DNA from: Erysipelotrichaceae bacterium
Lineage (GTDB): Bacteria; Bacillota_I; Bacilli_A; Erysipelotrichales; Erysipelotrichaceae
Length of the DNA: 57,097 nucleotides
Assembly: GCA_003520745.1 (NCBI GenBank)
Contig: DOUE01000022.1
Coordinates: forward strand, 10,950 to 68,046
Direction: 5' to 3'
Part shown: positions 19,422 to 28,635 of the stretch, in pieces
Layout: the number at the start of each line of letters is the position of its first letter
Numbering within the stretch: the stretch's first letter is position 1
Position numbers and translations under genes: made by a program
The notes under the pieces: generated by a model
The model's input: the letters and a program-made list of their open reading frames with translations, nothing else
What the model was told of the DNA's origin: nothing
The model's database searches: none

Positions 19422-19883
19422 TCAGTCTTTGATTTTAAGCGAATAGATCCGTGAACTCTCACCCCAGGGATGATAGCCGATCCCGACGAAACCGAACCCG
19501 AAGTGTTCATAATACCCCACATGGTCGGTACAGAGATAGACTTCGTTGAAGCCGGCGTTTTTCGCGTCTTCGACCGCTTTCTTGATTAGGAGTTCGCCGA
19601 AATTGTTTCCACGACGATCTTGTTCGATATACATCGCGCAAACCCAGGGATAGAGATCCATACGGCTGATGAAGTCGTTGGTGATGAGGCCGGCGCATCC
19701 GATGATGCGGTCTTCCTCCATGAGCAGATACCATTGGGGGAGCGGGTTTTTCGCGTTGGACGTGTGGGTCAGGCAATCCACGTAGACTTGACGGTTCTGG
19801 GGGTTCGCCCATTTCGAGGCGATATACTGGATCGCTTCACGAAGAATACTGGCATCCTGGCGCAGCGAGATGACGGTTGGCAT
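19422..19883 (-). CDS. GNAT-family N-acetyltransferase
   Basis: 153 aa with an acetyl-CoA-binding motif-A-like segment (IEQDRRGNNFGELLIKKAVEDAKNAG). Confidence 0.8.
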   Translation of the reverse strand: MPTVISLRQDASILREAIQYIASKWANPQNRQVYVDCLTHTSNAKNPLPQWYLLMEEDRIIGCAGLITNDFISRMDLYPWVCAMYIEQDRRGNNFGELLIKKAVEDAKNAGFNEVYLCTDHVGYYEHFGFGFVGIGYHPWGESSRIYSLKIKD

Positions 19884-19887
19884 AGGT

Positions 19888-21174
19888 TCACTTTCTTTCT
19901 TTGGGGACTTGGAAGAGGATCGGACGGTCGCTAAGCGCGATGGATCCGTGGTTGATGTGGATGGGTTTTGATGTGATCAGGTGAGGGTAGGATCCATCTG
20001 GGAGACTGACATTCATGACGCCGGTTTCATTCCCGACGTTCAGAATCCCGACGACGATCCTCTCCTCGTTCTCATATTCGAAATGCAATACGTCTTCAAC
20101 ATGGCTGACGATCTTGTAGCCTTTGTTTTGGGCGAAGATCGGATCTTTCTTCATCTTGGCCAGTCCTTGGATCCATCCTACGATTTCAGGATCGAGTTTC
20201 GACCAGTCGACCGGGTCTTTCTCGAAAAGGTCGGGCAAGTGGTCGGTTCCGGTTTCCATCCCGTATTGGATGAAGGCGATGCCTTTACTGAAGAAACAGT
20301 AGGCGATCCATTGGAGCGATTTCGCGTAATCCTGGGTGTAATAGCGGATCCGGTGGTTGTCGTGGTTTTCCACGTTACGTGCCTTGACGTAGTCGATCGG
20401 ATAAATCCGCTCCTGCGCCCTTAGGGCTTGACGGAAAGTTTCGAGATCGTTCTCATGAAGCAAATAACCTGCGAACGGGATTCTCGTATCGTATTCATAG
20501 AGGGCGTCGAACACTTGGAAACATTCGGAATCGCTGAGGCATCCGTAGCCATGGTAGCGGAGATAGTCGATGTAGTTGGAATCGACGCTTTCCCCTAAGA
20601 GGAAGACGTCGGGGTTCTTCCTGCGCATCGCTTCCTTGGCCTCAAGCAGGAAATCCAAAGGGATCAGACTGGGGACGTCGAAACGGAAACCGTCCAACCC
20701 GAGATCCAACCAATAGAGCAGGACATCGATGAGTTTCTCATGGACAAGCGGCACATCGAAGTTCAGGTCGGCGATGTCCCACCAATCCCCGACTTTGTTT
20801 TTCAAGCGTCCGTTCTCGTCGAAATAGTAGAATTCGGGATGTTCAACCACCCAGTGATGATCGCGGGCGGTGTGATGGAAGACGATGTCCAGGATGATCT
20901 TCATCCCATGCTTGTGGGTGGCGTCGATCAGATCCTTGAGATCGGCCAAGGTTCCCAGATCCTCCGAGATCCCGGTATAGTTCTGGATGGCATAGGGGCT
21001 ACCGTAGGTGCCTTTGCGGGCTTTGACCCCGATCGGTTGTACCGGCATCAGGTAGACGATGTCCGCCCCCAAGGCTTGGATGCGCCCCAAATCTTTCTCG
21101 ACCGCTTTGAACGTGCCTTCCTGGCTATAATTGCGGACGAACACCTGATAGATGAACTGGTTTCTGTAACTCAT
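19888..21174 (-). CDS. Cytoplasmic GH13 alpha-amylase-family glycosidase
   Basis: 428 aa with no signal peptide. GH13 regions: DIVFHHTARD (I), GLDGFRFDVPSLI (II), FLLGESVD (III), NVENHDNHR (IV). Confidence 0.8.
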   Translation of the reverse strand: MSYRNQFIYQVFVRNYSQEGTFKAVEKDLGRIQALGADIVYLMPVQPIGVKARKGTYGSPYAIQNYTGISEDLGTLADLKDLIDATHKHGMKIILDIVFHHTARDHHWVVEHPEFYYFDENGRLKNKVGDWWDIADLNFDVPLVHEKLIDVLLYWLDLGLDGFRFDVPSLIPLDFLLEAKEAMRRKNPDVFLLGESVDSNYIDYLRYHGYGCLSDSECFQVFDALYEYDTRIPFAGYLLHENDLETFRQALRAQERIYPIDYVKARNVENHDNHRIRYYTQDYAKSLQWIAYCFFSKGIAFIQYGMETGTDHLPDLFEKDPVDWSKLDPEIVGWIQGLAKMKKDPIFAQNKGYKIVSHVEDVLHFEYENEERIVVGILNVGNETGVMNVSLPDGSYPHLITSKPIHINHGSIALSDRPILFQVPKERK

Positions 21175-21185
21175 GTTTACCTCCG

Positions 21186-21210
21186 AGTAAAAACCCGAAT
21201 TGCTTCGGGT
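21186..21210 (-). terminator. Hairpin/partial terminator between msmK and the cytoplasmic GH13 gene
   Basis: Minus strand ACCCGAA-GCAA-TTCGGGT followed by TTTTAC, immediately before the GGAGG RBS of the next gene. Confidence 0.55.
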
Positions 21211-21215
21211 CTGGT

Positions 21216-22307
21216 TTAATAAATGGATTGTGTCGTTTCTTTATCGAAGAAGTGGAGTTTCGATACGTCCATCGAAAGTTGGATCGTGTCATGGGCATGG
21301 ACGTCGACGCGGGAGGAAACCTTCGCCAAGATCTTCTGTCCGCCGAATTCTCCGTGAAGGATGAATTCATGACCGAGCAATTCGCAAACATCCACATTGA
21401 AATCAAACGGGGTTTCCGGGAAGGCTTCGGCGACGATGCCTTCGTAGTGGATGTCTTCAGGACGGATCCCGAGAACGAGGTCTTTACCGTTATAGTTCTT
21501 CAAGCGATCATGGAACATGCCCGGGACTTTGAAGGACTTGTTGTTGACTTCGAAACGACCGTCGCGATAGACGCCGTTGATGAAGTTCATGGCGGGGGCG
21601 CCGATGAAGTTCGCGACGAACATGTTGTTGGGGTGGTTGTAGATGTCTTTCGGCGTACCGATCTGTTGGATGTAGCCGTCTTTCATGACGACGATGCGGG
21701 ACGCCATGGTCATCGCTTCGGTCTGGTCATGGGTGACGTAGATGGTCGTCGCATTGAGACGTTCATGCAATTTGATGATTTCGGAACGCATCTGAACACG
21801 CAGTTTCGCATCCAGGTTCGACAGCGGTTCGTCCATCAAGAACACTTTCGCGTTACGGACGATCGCACGGCCTAAAGCGACACGTTGACGTTGACCGCCG
21901 GACAGCGCCTTGGGTTTGCGATCCAAGTATTTTTCGATTTCAAGGATACGCGCGGCTTCTTTGACGCGGGTATCGATTTCATCTTTCGGCATTTTCTTCA
22001 ATTTCAAACCGAACGCCATGTTTTCATAGACGCTCATATGCGGATACAAAGCATAGGATTGGAAAACCATCGCGATGTCGCGGTCTTTCGGAGCGACCGT
22101 ATTGACGAGTTTTTCATCGATGTACAGTTCACCGGAAGTAATGTCTTCCAAACCGGCGATCATACGCAGCGTCGTGGACTTCCCACAACCCGACGGACCG
22201 ACCAAAACGATGAATTCACGATCTTTGATGTCGAGATTGAAATCGAAGACGGCTTGGACATTGTTGTCGTAGATTTTATTGATATCTTTTAGCTTTAGGT
22301 TTGCCAT
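21216..22307 (-). CDS. msmK: Multiple-sugar ABC transporter ATPase (MsmK/MalK/UgpC type)
   Basis: 363 aa. Motifs: GPSGCGKST Walker A, LSGGQRQR signature, FLMDEPLS Walker B, and a MalK-like C-terminal regulatory domain. Confidence 0.9.
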   Translation of the reverse strand: MANLKLKDINKIYDNNVQAVFDFNLDIKDREFIVLVGPSGCGKSTTLRMIAGLEDITSGELYIDEKLVNTVAPKDRDIAMVFQSYALYPHMSVYENMAFGLKLKKMPKDEIDTRVKEAARILEIEKYLDRKPKALSGGQRQRVALGRAIVRNAKVFLMDEPLSNLDAKLRVQMRSEIIKLHERLNATTIYVTHDQTEAMTMASRIVVMKDGYIQQIGTPKDIYNHPNNMFVANFIGAPAMNFINGVYRDGRFEVNNKSFKVPGMFHDRLKNYNGKDLVLGIRPEDIHYEGIVAEAFPETPFDFNVDVCELLGHEFILHGEFGGQKILAKVSSRVDVHAHDTIQLSMDVSKLHFFDKETTQSIY

Positions 22308-22332
22308 GGTATCACCTCGTGTTTATTATACA

Positions 22333-22346
22333 TGAAAGCGCTCTCT
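22333..22346 (+). promoter_or_regulatory. cre box adjacent to a TATAAT -10 upstream of msmK
   Basis: aTGAAAGCGCTCTCT fits WTGNAANCGNWNNCW. The minus-strand TATAAT is at 22325-22330. No good -35 was seen. Confidence 0.45.
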
Positions 22347-22370
22347 GTGTGTTGTGCATTGTGCACAAAT

Positions 22371-22934
22371 CTAATCGAGGTTGGTTAACAGGAACCACAT
22401 TTCCATGAGTTTCCCTTGGTCGATCTCCCGGATGTCCACTCCCGTTTGGGTGATGAACTTGTTGAGACGGTAGCGGAAGGTGTTGCGATGCAGGTAGAGA
22501 TGCGCCGCGCTGGCGTTGACGTTGCGGCCGGTCTCCAGATACATGCGCGCCGTTTCCATCTCGTCGCGTCCGATCGATTCGAAGTGGCGATCGAGCCTTC
22601 GGACAAGCCCGATCTTGCCCAACAGTTGCGCGAGGACCAGGGCTTCGGCGGCACCGATCAGTTTACCTGGCCGGTTTTCCGCCAGGAAGTCGAGGAAAAG
22701 AACCATGATGTCATCCGCATCGAAACCGCTGACCCCGCTTAAGGTAAGTCCAAGATCATGTTGGAAACTCGAGAACATCAGTTTGAGCTGGACCCTGCCG
22801 AATTCGCTGAGATCGGCCTTGAGGGTGCGCGGATCGATCCAGCGCACATCCGTCACGAACGACTCGATGCTGTTCTCGATTTCATTGGGTTTGAAATTGT
22901 CGGTATGGACCCGCAGATACAAGGCGTGGCTCAT
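22371..22934 (-). CDS. Short PucR/CdaR-type helix-turn-helix regulator
   Basis: 187 aa. The C-terminal ETARMYLETGRNVNASAAHLYLHRNTFRYRLNKFITQTGVDI matches the PucR C-terminal HTH pattern. The N-terminal part is only ~130 aa. Confidence 0.65.
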   Translation of the reverse strand: MSHALYLRVHTDNFKPNEIENSIESFVTDVRWIDPRTLKADLSEFGRVQLKLMFSSFQHDLGLTLSGVSGFDADDIMVLFLDFLAENRPGKLIGAAEALVLAQLLGKIGLVRRLDRHFESIGRDEMETARMYLETGRNVNASAAHLYLHRNTFRYRLNKFITQTGVDIREIDQGKLMEMWFLLTNLD

Positions 22935-22937
22935 CGC

Positions 22938-24509
22938 TTAGTCACCGATGATGACGCTGGCGTAGGGCTGTAGCGTCAAGACAGTGGAGACGAGTTGAAC
23001 GTCCCCGTGTTGATAAAGGATCGTGCCTGAATCATTGAGGTCGACGGTCTGCGCGAAGCGGTCCAGGTTATGGACGATGGTCAAGGTCTTCCCTTCGAAG
23101 GTGCGGGTGAAGCCCAACACTTTGTTCGATAAGGTCAGGCTCTGAATGTCGCCGAAACGCAAGACGTCGGAAGCATCACGGAAATGGACAAGCCTGCGAT
23201 AGAGGCTGAACATGGAATCTTCATCCGTGGTCTGTTGTTCATAGGGGGTGGTGTTTAGATTGAGTTCCCAGTTCTCCCACAACGCATTGGGGGCGTCGTT
23301 CTGACTGGTCCAACGATAGGGTTCACGGATCCTCTCGTCCGGTTTCGCCCCCACCATGCCCAACTCTTCCCCATAATAGATGAAGGGAATCCCGGGCAGG
23401 GTGAAGAGGATGTTCGCGGCGAGTTTGGCTTGGTCGACGTTGCCGCCCAAAACGCTCATGACCCTGTTCTGGTCGTGGTTGGTGAGGAAGGTCGAATCCA
23501 GGTAGTTCTCGTTGCGCCCGGTGAAAACATTCTTTCCGTTGAGGTAGGTCGCGACGAAATTGGTTTGGTATCCTTGCATGACGGTATTCACGATTCCGGT
23601 GGCCAAATCGAAGTTGAACATCGAGTCGAATCCGACCGCATACGGGGCGGCTTGCGTCGCCGGCATCCATACTTCAGCCAAAAGCAGGATATCGGGGTCT
23701 TCGGACTTTACGTATTCCTTCATTTCCATCCAGAACTGCTTGTTTAATTCCATCGTCCCGGTTCCGACCGGGTATTCATTGGCGTCATACATCCGCGGCG
23801 CGGCGTCGTAACGGAACCCGTCGACGCCCAGATCCATCCAGAACGAAAGGATCTTCTTCATCTCGTCGCGGACCGCTTCGCTGTCCGCATTGAGTTCGGG
23901 CATCTGGTCCCAGAACGAAGCATAGTAAGCCAGGCTATTGCGGAAACTCCACCCTGTTTTATTGGGGTATTCCGCGTTGGTCAGTTTCTCTTCGATGCGA
24001 TAGTAGTCACGATAGACTTCATCCCCCGACATGGCTTTGATGAACCAGGGGTTGTCGTCGGCCGTGTGGTTGAAGACGATGTCGATGATCAGTTTGATAC
24101 CGCGTTCTTCACAGGCATCCGAAAGGTCTTGGAAATCATCCAAGGTTCCGAATTCCGGGTCGATCGCATAATAGTCGATGACGTCGTATTTGTGGTAGGT
24201 CTTGGAGGGGTGGATCGGATTGAGCCAGATGGCCGTGATACCGAGGTCCGTGTCGGTCGAAGGGTCGCCATCGTTGAGAACATCGAGGTGGTCGATGATC
24301 CCGCGCAGATCGCCCGTACCGTCCCCGTCCGAGTCCGCATAGGAGATCGGGAAGATGTTGTAGGCGACCGAGACTTCGGATGCGAACTTGTCCGCATTGG
24401 AGCCTTCAAGCAAAGCAGCCAGTTCATCGACGGTTTTGCGTTGAATCGTCGGTTCTTTCTGGACGCAGGCGCTTAAGACAAGCAGTAAAACCAGAAGTAG
24501 TTTTTTCAT
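22938..24509 (-). CDS. Extracellular lipoprotein alpha-amylase (GH13)
   Basis: MKKLLLVLLLVLSAC lipobox (ATG at 24507-24509; the ORF-track start at 24515 is a GTG). GH13 regions: DIVFNHTADD, GVDGFRYDAAPRM, LLAEVW, FLTNHDQNR. Confidence 0.85.
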   Translation of the reverse strand: MKKLLLVLLLVLSACVQKEPTIQRKTVDELAALLEGSNADKFASEVSVAYNIFPISYADSDGDGTGDLRGIIDHLDVLNDGDPSTDTDLGITAIWLNPIHPSKTYHKYDVIDYYAIDPEFGTLDDFQDLSDACEERGIKLIIDIVFNHTADDNPWFIKAMSGDEVYRDYYRIEEKLTNAEYPNKTGWSFRNSLAYYASFWDQMPELNADSEAVRDEMKKILSFWMDLGVDGFRYDAAPRMYDANEYPVGTGTMELNKQFWMEMKEYVKSEDPDILLLAEVWMPATQAAPYAVGFDSMFNFDLATGIVNTVMQGYQTNFVATYLNGKNVFTGRNENYLDSTFLTNHDQNRVMSVLGGNVDQAKLAANILFTLPGIPFIYYGEELGMVGAKPDERIREPYRWTSQNDAPNALWENWELNLNTTPYEQQTTDEDSMFSLYRRLVHFRDASDVLRFGDIQSLTLSNKVLGFTRTFEGKTLTIVHNLDRFAQTVDLNDSGTILYQHGDVQLVSTVLTLQPYASVIIGD

Positions 24510-24515
24510 GTTCAC

Positions 24516-26210
24516 CTATTTCTCAAGCACCAAGGCTTGATAGGGTAGCAATACGATTTCCTTCGTTATTTCGGCGAGTCCGTAGTTGTCATAGTGGATC
24601 GCTTTAGGAAGATAAGGGAGTTTATAGCGGATCTCATGGGCGCGGAAGTTCGCGACCACCAGGACGGTCACATCATCTTTCTTTCTTTCAAAGACGAAGA
24701 GGTCTTTGTTTTTCGGCGAAATCAGTTTGAAATCCCCATTTACCAGTACGGAATGAAGATGCCCGTGTTTGCGTAACCTGATTAAATGCTTGTAGGCGTT
24801 GAGGATCGATGAAGGATCTTCGCTTTGTTGCTTGACGTTGATTTCTTTATAGTTTCCGACCGGTTTCTGATGCGGTTTCCCCGTCGTAAACCCTGCGCTG
24901 GCGCTATCGTCCCATTGCATCGGCGTACGGGCGTTATCGCGCGATGTACGGCGTAAATGGGTTAGGATCTGTTCCGGACTCTGGCGTTTGATCGCCTTTT
25001 CATAGTAGTTCTTCACCCAGACATCGTTGAAGTCGTTGATGTCGGTGTAATCGACGTTGGTCATCCCGATTTCCTCACCGTTGTAGATGAAGGGGGTCCC
25101 GGGCAAGGTCAACAATACCGTCCCCAACATGCATCCGGATGCACGATGGAACTTTCTGGGATTACCATATTGACTCATGACCCGAGGGTGGTCGTGATTG
25201 AGCCAATAATGCGGAATCCAACCCTTCCCTTTCATTCCCTGGATCCAACGGTCCATGGTTTCTTTGAGGTCGAGTACGTTGACCGTCAGTTCATCGTCGG
25301 TTTTATCTTCCGATCCGAACGCTCCGTTCTTCCAACAATGGTCGAAGTTGAACACCATGTTGAAGGCTTTGGCATGATAGCCCGCATAACGGGTCGCGGC
25401 TTTTACGTTCGCCCCGCCGCCGACTTCGCCGACCGACAGGCAATCGTAATGTTTCAACACTTCATCGTGGAATTCATGGAGATATTCGAACAATTCGGGG
25501 CGGTTGGAGAATTTCGACCAATCCGGGGCGACCCCGTCGTGGTTGAGTTTCATTTCGCTGTCGGTGAACGACGTGTCTTTGCTGAGGTGGGCGACCGCGT
25601 CGACGCGGAACCCGTCCACGCCCAAATCCAACCACCAACGCGACATCGCATACATTTCCTTGCGTAGATCCGGATTGGCCCAGTTCAAGTCGGGCATTTT
25701 ATCCGAAAAGATCTTCAGGTAATATTCACCGGAGGTTTCGTCGTAGTTCCAGCACGATCCTTCGAAAAAGCTTGCCCAATTGGTCGGTGGGATTCGTTTC
25801 CCTTTTTCATCCTGGCGGGGTTTCTGCCAGATGTACCAATCCCTTTTCGGATTGTCCAAGGAAGAGCGTGATTCCATGAACCAGGGATGCTCATCGGAGG
25901 TGTGGTTTAAAACAAGATCCAATATGATGCGGATTCCCTTTTGATGGGCTTTCGCGATCAGTTCCTTCGCATCGTCCAAGGTCCCGAACAAGGGATCGAC
26001 ATCGTAGAAGTCGCTGACATCGTATCCGTTATCATCCATCGGCGAGCGGTAAAAAGGACAGATCCAAACGCAATCGACACCTAAATCCTGGATGTAGTCG
26101 AGTTTTTCGATGATGCCGCGCAGATCTCCGATTCCGTCGGCGTTGGTGTCTTTGAAGGATCGTGGGTAGATTTGATAACCTACCGCGTTTTTCCACCATT
26201 GTGTTTTCAT
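24516..26210 (-). CDS. Oligo-1,6-glucosidase / alpha-glucosidase (GH13_31-like)
   Basis: 564 aa. Motifs: WWKNAVGYQIYPRSFKDTNADGIGDLRGIIEKLDYIQDLGVD, DLVLNHTSDEH, GVDGFRVDAV, VGEV, WLNHDHPR. Confidence 0.88.
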   Translation of the reverse strand: MKTQWWKNAVGYQIYPRSFKDTNADGIGDLRGIIEKLDYIQDLGVDCVWICPFYRSPMDDNGYDVSDFYDVDPLFGTLDDAKELIAKAHQKGIRIILDLVLNHTSDEHPWFMESRSSLDNPKRDWYIWQKPRQDEKGKRIPPTNWASFFEGSCWNYDETSGEYYLKIFSDKMPDLNWANPDLRKEMYAMSRWWLDLGVDGFRVDAVAHLSKDTSFTDSEMKLNHDGVAPDWSKFSNRPELFEYLHEFHDEVLKHYDCLSVGEVGGGANVKAATRYAGYHAKAFNMVFNFDHCWKNGAFGSEDKTDDELTVNVLDLKETMDRWIQGMKGKGWIPHYWLNHDHPRVMSQYGNPRKFHRASGCMLGTVLLTLPGTPFIYNGEEIGMTNVDYTDINDFNDVWVKNYYEKAIKRQSPEQILTHLRRTSRDNARTPMQWDDSASAGFTTGKPHQKPVGNYKEINVKQQSEDPSSILNAYKHLIRLRKHGHLHSVLVNGDFKLISPKNKDLFVFERKKDDVTVLVVANFRAHEIRYKLPYLPKAIHYDNYGLAEITKEIVLLPYQALVLEK

Positions 26211-26223
26211 GTGTCGTTTCTCC

Positions 26224-26259
26224 CTTGAAGAAAGATGAGCACCTTGCGATGCTCATCTT
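26224..26259 (-). terminator. Terminator/attenuating hairpin after the malE-like gene
   Basis: Minus strand AAGATGAGCA-TCGCAAGG-TGCTCATCTT followed by TCTTC. Confidence 0.65.
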
Positions 26260-26284
26260 ACGGTGTTTCAGTTGTCTCTACGGA

Positions 26285-27682
26285 TTATTGATTGTCGGCA
26301 GCGATCTTCGCATCGGTCGTCGCGATCAATTCGGCGACGGCTTCGTCGACGGTCTTGGTGCCATCCCAAATCGCTTGGATCATCGCAACCAACGTACCAT
26401 CATAGTAAGCAGCATCCATGGCTTTACGTGCAGGGTTCTTCGGAAGGGTCAATGCCGGTTCCGGATAGTTGTACATGAACGCAGCCATCATTTGTTCTTG
26501 GTATCCGCCTGCTTCGAGGGTCGGGGTCAAATCAGATCCATCCTTCAAAGACGGGGCATAGCTGGTGCCGGTAACCAACGCATCGAATCCATCTTTGGAA
26601 TAGATCAAACGCATCAGTTCGGTCGCAGCGGAACGATATTCGGTATAGCCGTTGATGACGAAACCCTTCGTCTTAACAAACGGGGATTGGTGTTCGCCAC
26701 CGAACGTCGGGAGAGCGGAAACGACATAGGTCGAACCGGTCGTCGTGGAAGCGCCCTTGATATCCATCCAAGTACCGACTAAGCCAAACGGAGCGGTTTC
26801 ATTGTTGATGACGCCGTCCCATCTCCAGCCCATGTCGCCGGCTTTGGTCAAGATACCGGCAGCGTCGACGGAAATCTGAGCTTCTTTAGCGGCAAGCAGG
26901 AAGTTCAAGCCTTCTTTGAATTCAGGAGTATTGTAGCCAGGTTTCGTCGCATCGCCTTCGCCGAACAGTTTGAATCCGCCGGCGGTGAATTGGTGATAAG
27001 CGGACCACGGTTCACCCAAGGAAAGCGGAAACACGATGTCGACGTTCGCGCCTTTGTAAACCGGACGAGCGCCGATCCAAGACGTGGACAGAGCGAAGAT
27101 TTCTTCCCAGGTATCAAACGCGTCAGGCAGGTTGTCGCCGTTTGCATCGGTGACGTCTTTGCCTAAGGTCGTAAGCATCGTCTTATTCCAAACGAATGCC
27201 ATGCCATCATACGCCATCGGAGCATAAACCGTCGTAGCGGTCGCGTTTCCGGCTTTGTAGAAGGATTCCAACGAGTTTTCTTTGATGATGTTGGCAAGGA
27301 AGGCATCGATCGCCAAGAGATGGCTTTCGTTACGGGAAACTTCACCGTCGATGGCCATGAAGACGTCAGGATATTCACCTTGTTGGGTAGCTAAAGCATC
27401 GGCGGATCCGGCAGCACCGGAGTTTACGAATTCAACGGCGCCTTTGAGTTCAGGATACGTAGCATCCCAAAGCGCGACGATCGCGTTACCGACGACATCG
27501 TTGTCAGCACCGAAACGTAGGGTAGCGCCTTCTTCGATCGCATAGGCTTCAAGTTTTTCATCATAACAGACGACCGTGCCGTCGAGATCTTCGGCTTTAC
27601 AGGTCTTAAGTGTGCGTCCGCATGCGGTCAATGATCCGACGACCAGCACGAGAACTGCAGCGAGAGTAAGCAGTTTCTTCAT
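26285..27682 (-). CDS. malE: Maltodextrin-binding lipoprotein (ABC SBP, cluster with malFG)
   Basis: Start trimmed to MKKLLTLAAVLVLVVGSLTAC (lipobox; AGGAGG RBS). SBP fold. Context is malF-malG-DUF1189 upstream and alpha-glucosidases downstream. Confidence 0.8.
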   Translation of the reverse strand: MKKLLTLAAVLVLVVGSLTACGRTLKTCKAEDLDGTVVCYDEKLEAYAIEEGATLRFGADNDVVGNAIVALWDATYPELKGAVEFVNSGAAGSADALATQQGEYPDVFMAIDGEVSRNESHLLAIDAFLANIIKENSLESFYKAGNATATTVYAPMAYDGMAFVWNKTMLTTLGKDVTDANGDNLPDAFDTWEEIFALSTSWIGARPVYKGANVDIVFPLSLGEPWSAYHQFTAGGFKLFGEGDATKPGYNTPEFKEGLNFLLAAKEAQISVDAAGILTKAGDMGWRWDGVINNETAPFGLVGTWMDIKGASTTTGSTYVVSALPTFGGEHQSPFVKTKGFVINGYTEYRSAATELMRLIYSKDGFDALVTGTSYAPSLKDGSDLTPTLEAGGYQEQMMAAFMYNYPEPALTLPKNPARKAMDAAYYDGTLVAMIQAIWDGTKTVDEAVAELIATTDAKIAADNQ

Positions 27683-27726
27683 TTTAAAACATTCCTCCTG
27701 TGTTCTTCTTTTCAGAAGTCGTCTTA

Positions 27727-27755
27727 AGTATAGCACTTGATAATTTGTTTGTAAA
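27727..27755 (-). promoter_or_regulatory. Internal promoter driving malE and downstream genes
   Basis: Minus strand TTTACA (27750-27755), a 17-nt spacer, then TGcTATACT (-10 at 27727-27732). Confidence 0.65.
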
Positions 27756-27763
27756 CGGTTACA
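27750..27763 (+). promoter_or_regulatory. cre box overlapping the -35 of the malE promoter
   Basis: TGTAAACGGTTACA is a perfect match to TGWAANCGNTNWCA. Confidence 0.7.
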
Positions 27764-27776
27764 CTTCACGAAACTT

Positions 27777-28595
27777 TCACGAAACCTCTTCCGGATGGCT
27801 CAATTTCAACTTGCCGCGCATCACGCCGTAGTAGAGGACGATGATGCGTATGACGAAGGCGAAGGGCAAAATCATGGCTGCCGTCGCCGGGCTGAACATC
27901 CCGATCGCGGCACAAACCATCGCCGGCGCAAGCATCAGATTGATCATCATGGTGAACCCATGGGAGAACTTGATTTTCTTTTCTTCCTTGCGTCCGCCCA
28001 TGAATTTAAACAGGAAAGCGATGACTAAAACATAGACGGTATACTGGATGAATTGCATGAAATAACTGAAGGTGAATTTCGCAAACAACGAACTCAGGTT
28101 GAGATTGCGGATAAACAGGGTCGCCAAATCATCGGGTTGAATCTGGTTCGCCTCGAGTTGCGCCGACAGATCCTGGAAATCGTATTTCCCGAAATTGTCA
28201 TAATACCCGATGGCCAGCGATTTCCCGTCCTTGTCGATGACGACGCCGATTTCCTCGGTCAAATACACTTCGTTCTTGCCGGTCGTTTCAGGCAGGACGG
28301 TCACGAAGTGGAAGGTGGTTTTCGAGCCTTCCCACTTGCGATCCCTCGTGACGACACAGGTCAGTTTCCCATCGATCACGCAGTCGTTTTCTTTCAACAT
28401 TTCCGCCAGATCGACCGAGAAGTTCTCCATCCGTGGCAAATAGGTCGACGATTTCTGCATGTATAGACTGAAGAACGCCGGGATACTGATGAAAAGGATG
28501 AGTACGAAATAGAGCAGGATCGGATAACGCACCTTCATTTTGCGTGTATCCAACACCGCTTGATTACTGTAAAACACTTTGATCCACTGTAGCAT
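27777..28595 (-). CDS. DUF1189 membrane protein (YvdJ/MalA-type maltodextrin utilisation protein)
   Basis: 272 aa. The N-terminus WIKVFYSNQAVLDTRKMKVRYPILLYFVLILFISIPA and a C-terminal TM bundle resemble DUF1189. It sits after malG, as in Bacillus and Streptococcus maltodextrin loci. Confidence 0.6.
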   Translation of the reverse strand: MLQWIKVFYSNQAVLDTRKMKVRYPILLYFVLILFISIPAFFSLYMQKSSTYLPRMENFSVDLAEMLKENDCVIDGKLTCVVTRDRKWEGSKTTFHFVTVLPETTGKNEVYLTEEIGVVIDKDGKSLAIGYYDNFGKYDFQDLSAQLEANQIQPDDLATLFIRNLNLSSLFAKFTFSYFMQFIQYTVYVLVIAFLFKFMGGRKEEKKIKFSHGFTMMINLMLAPAMVCAAIGMFSPATAAMILPFAFVIRIIVLYYGVMRGKLKLSHPEEVS

Positions 28596-28610
28596 AGGTC
28601 CTCCTCGTAA

Positions 28611-28635
28611 GATAAGCGCGAATCTCGCGCTTATC
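28611..28635 (-). other. Intra-operon stem-loop overlapping the malG stop codon
   Basis: GATAAGCGCGA-ATC-TCGCGCTTATC, an 11-bp stem with a weak T run, immediately before the DUF1189 RBS. Confidence 0.4.

Noticed and set aside
22351-22367. TTGTGCA-TTG-TGCACAA hairpin after the PucR-like gene as a terminator
   Set aside because: It has a 7-bp stem but no T run on the minus strand (followed by CACACAG). It more probably is a protein-binding palindrome or has no function, and the evidence is insufficient.
26285-27769. N-terminal extensions of several track ORFs (also 29507-31117, 13357-14922, 12345-13418, 10868-12289, 16105-18258, 37708-38229, 7743-9011, 22938-24515)
   Set aside because: The maximal ORFs start at upstream ATG, TTG or GTG codons that lack an RBS or run into neighbouring genes. 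Internal ATGs with GGAGG-type RBSs give proper lipobox signal peptides or TAATG/ATGA coupling, so I used the shorter models.
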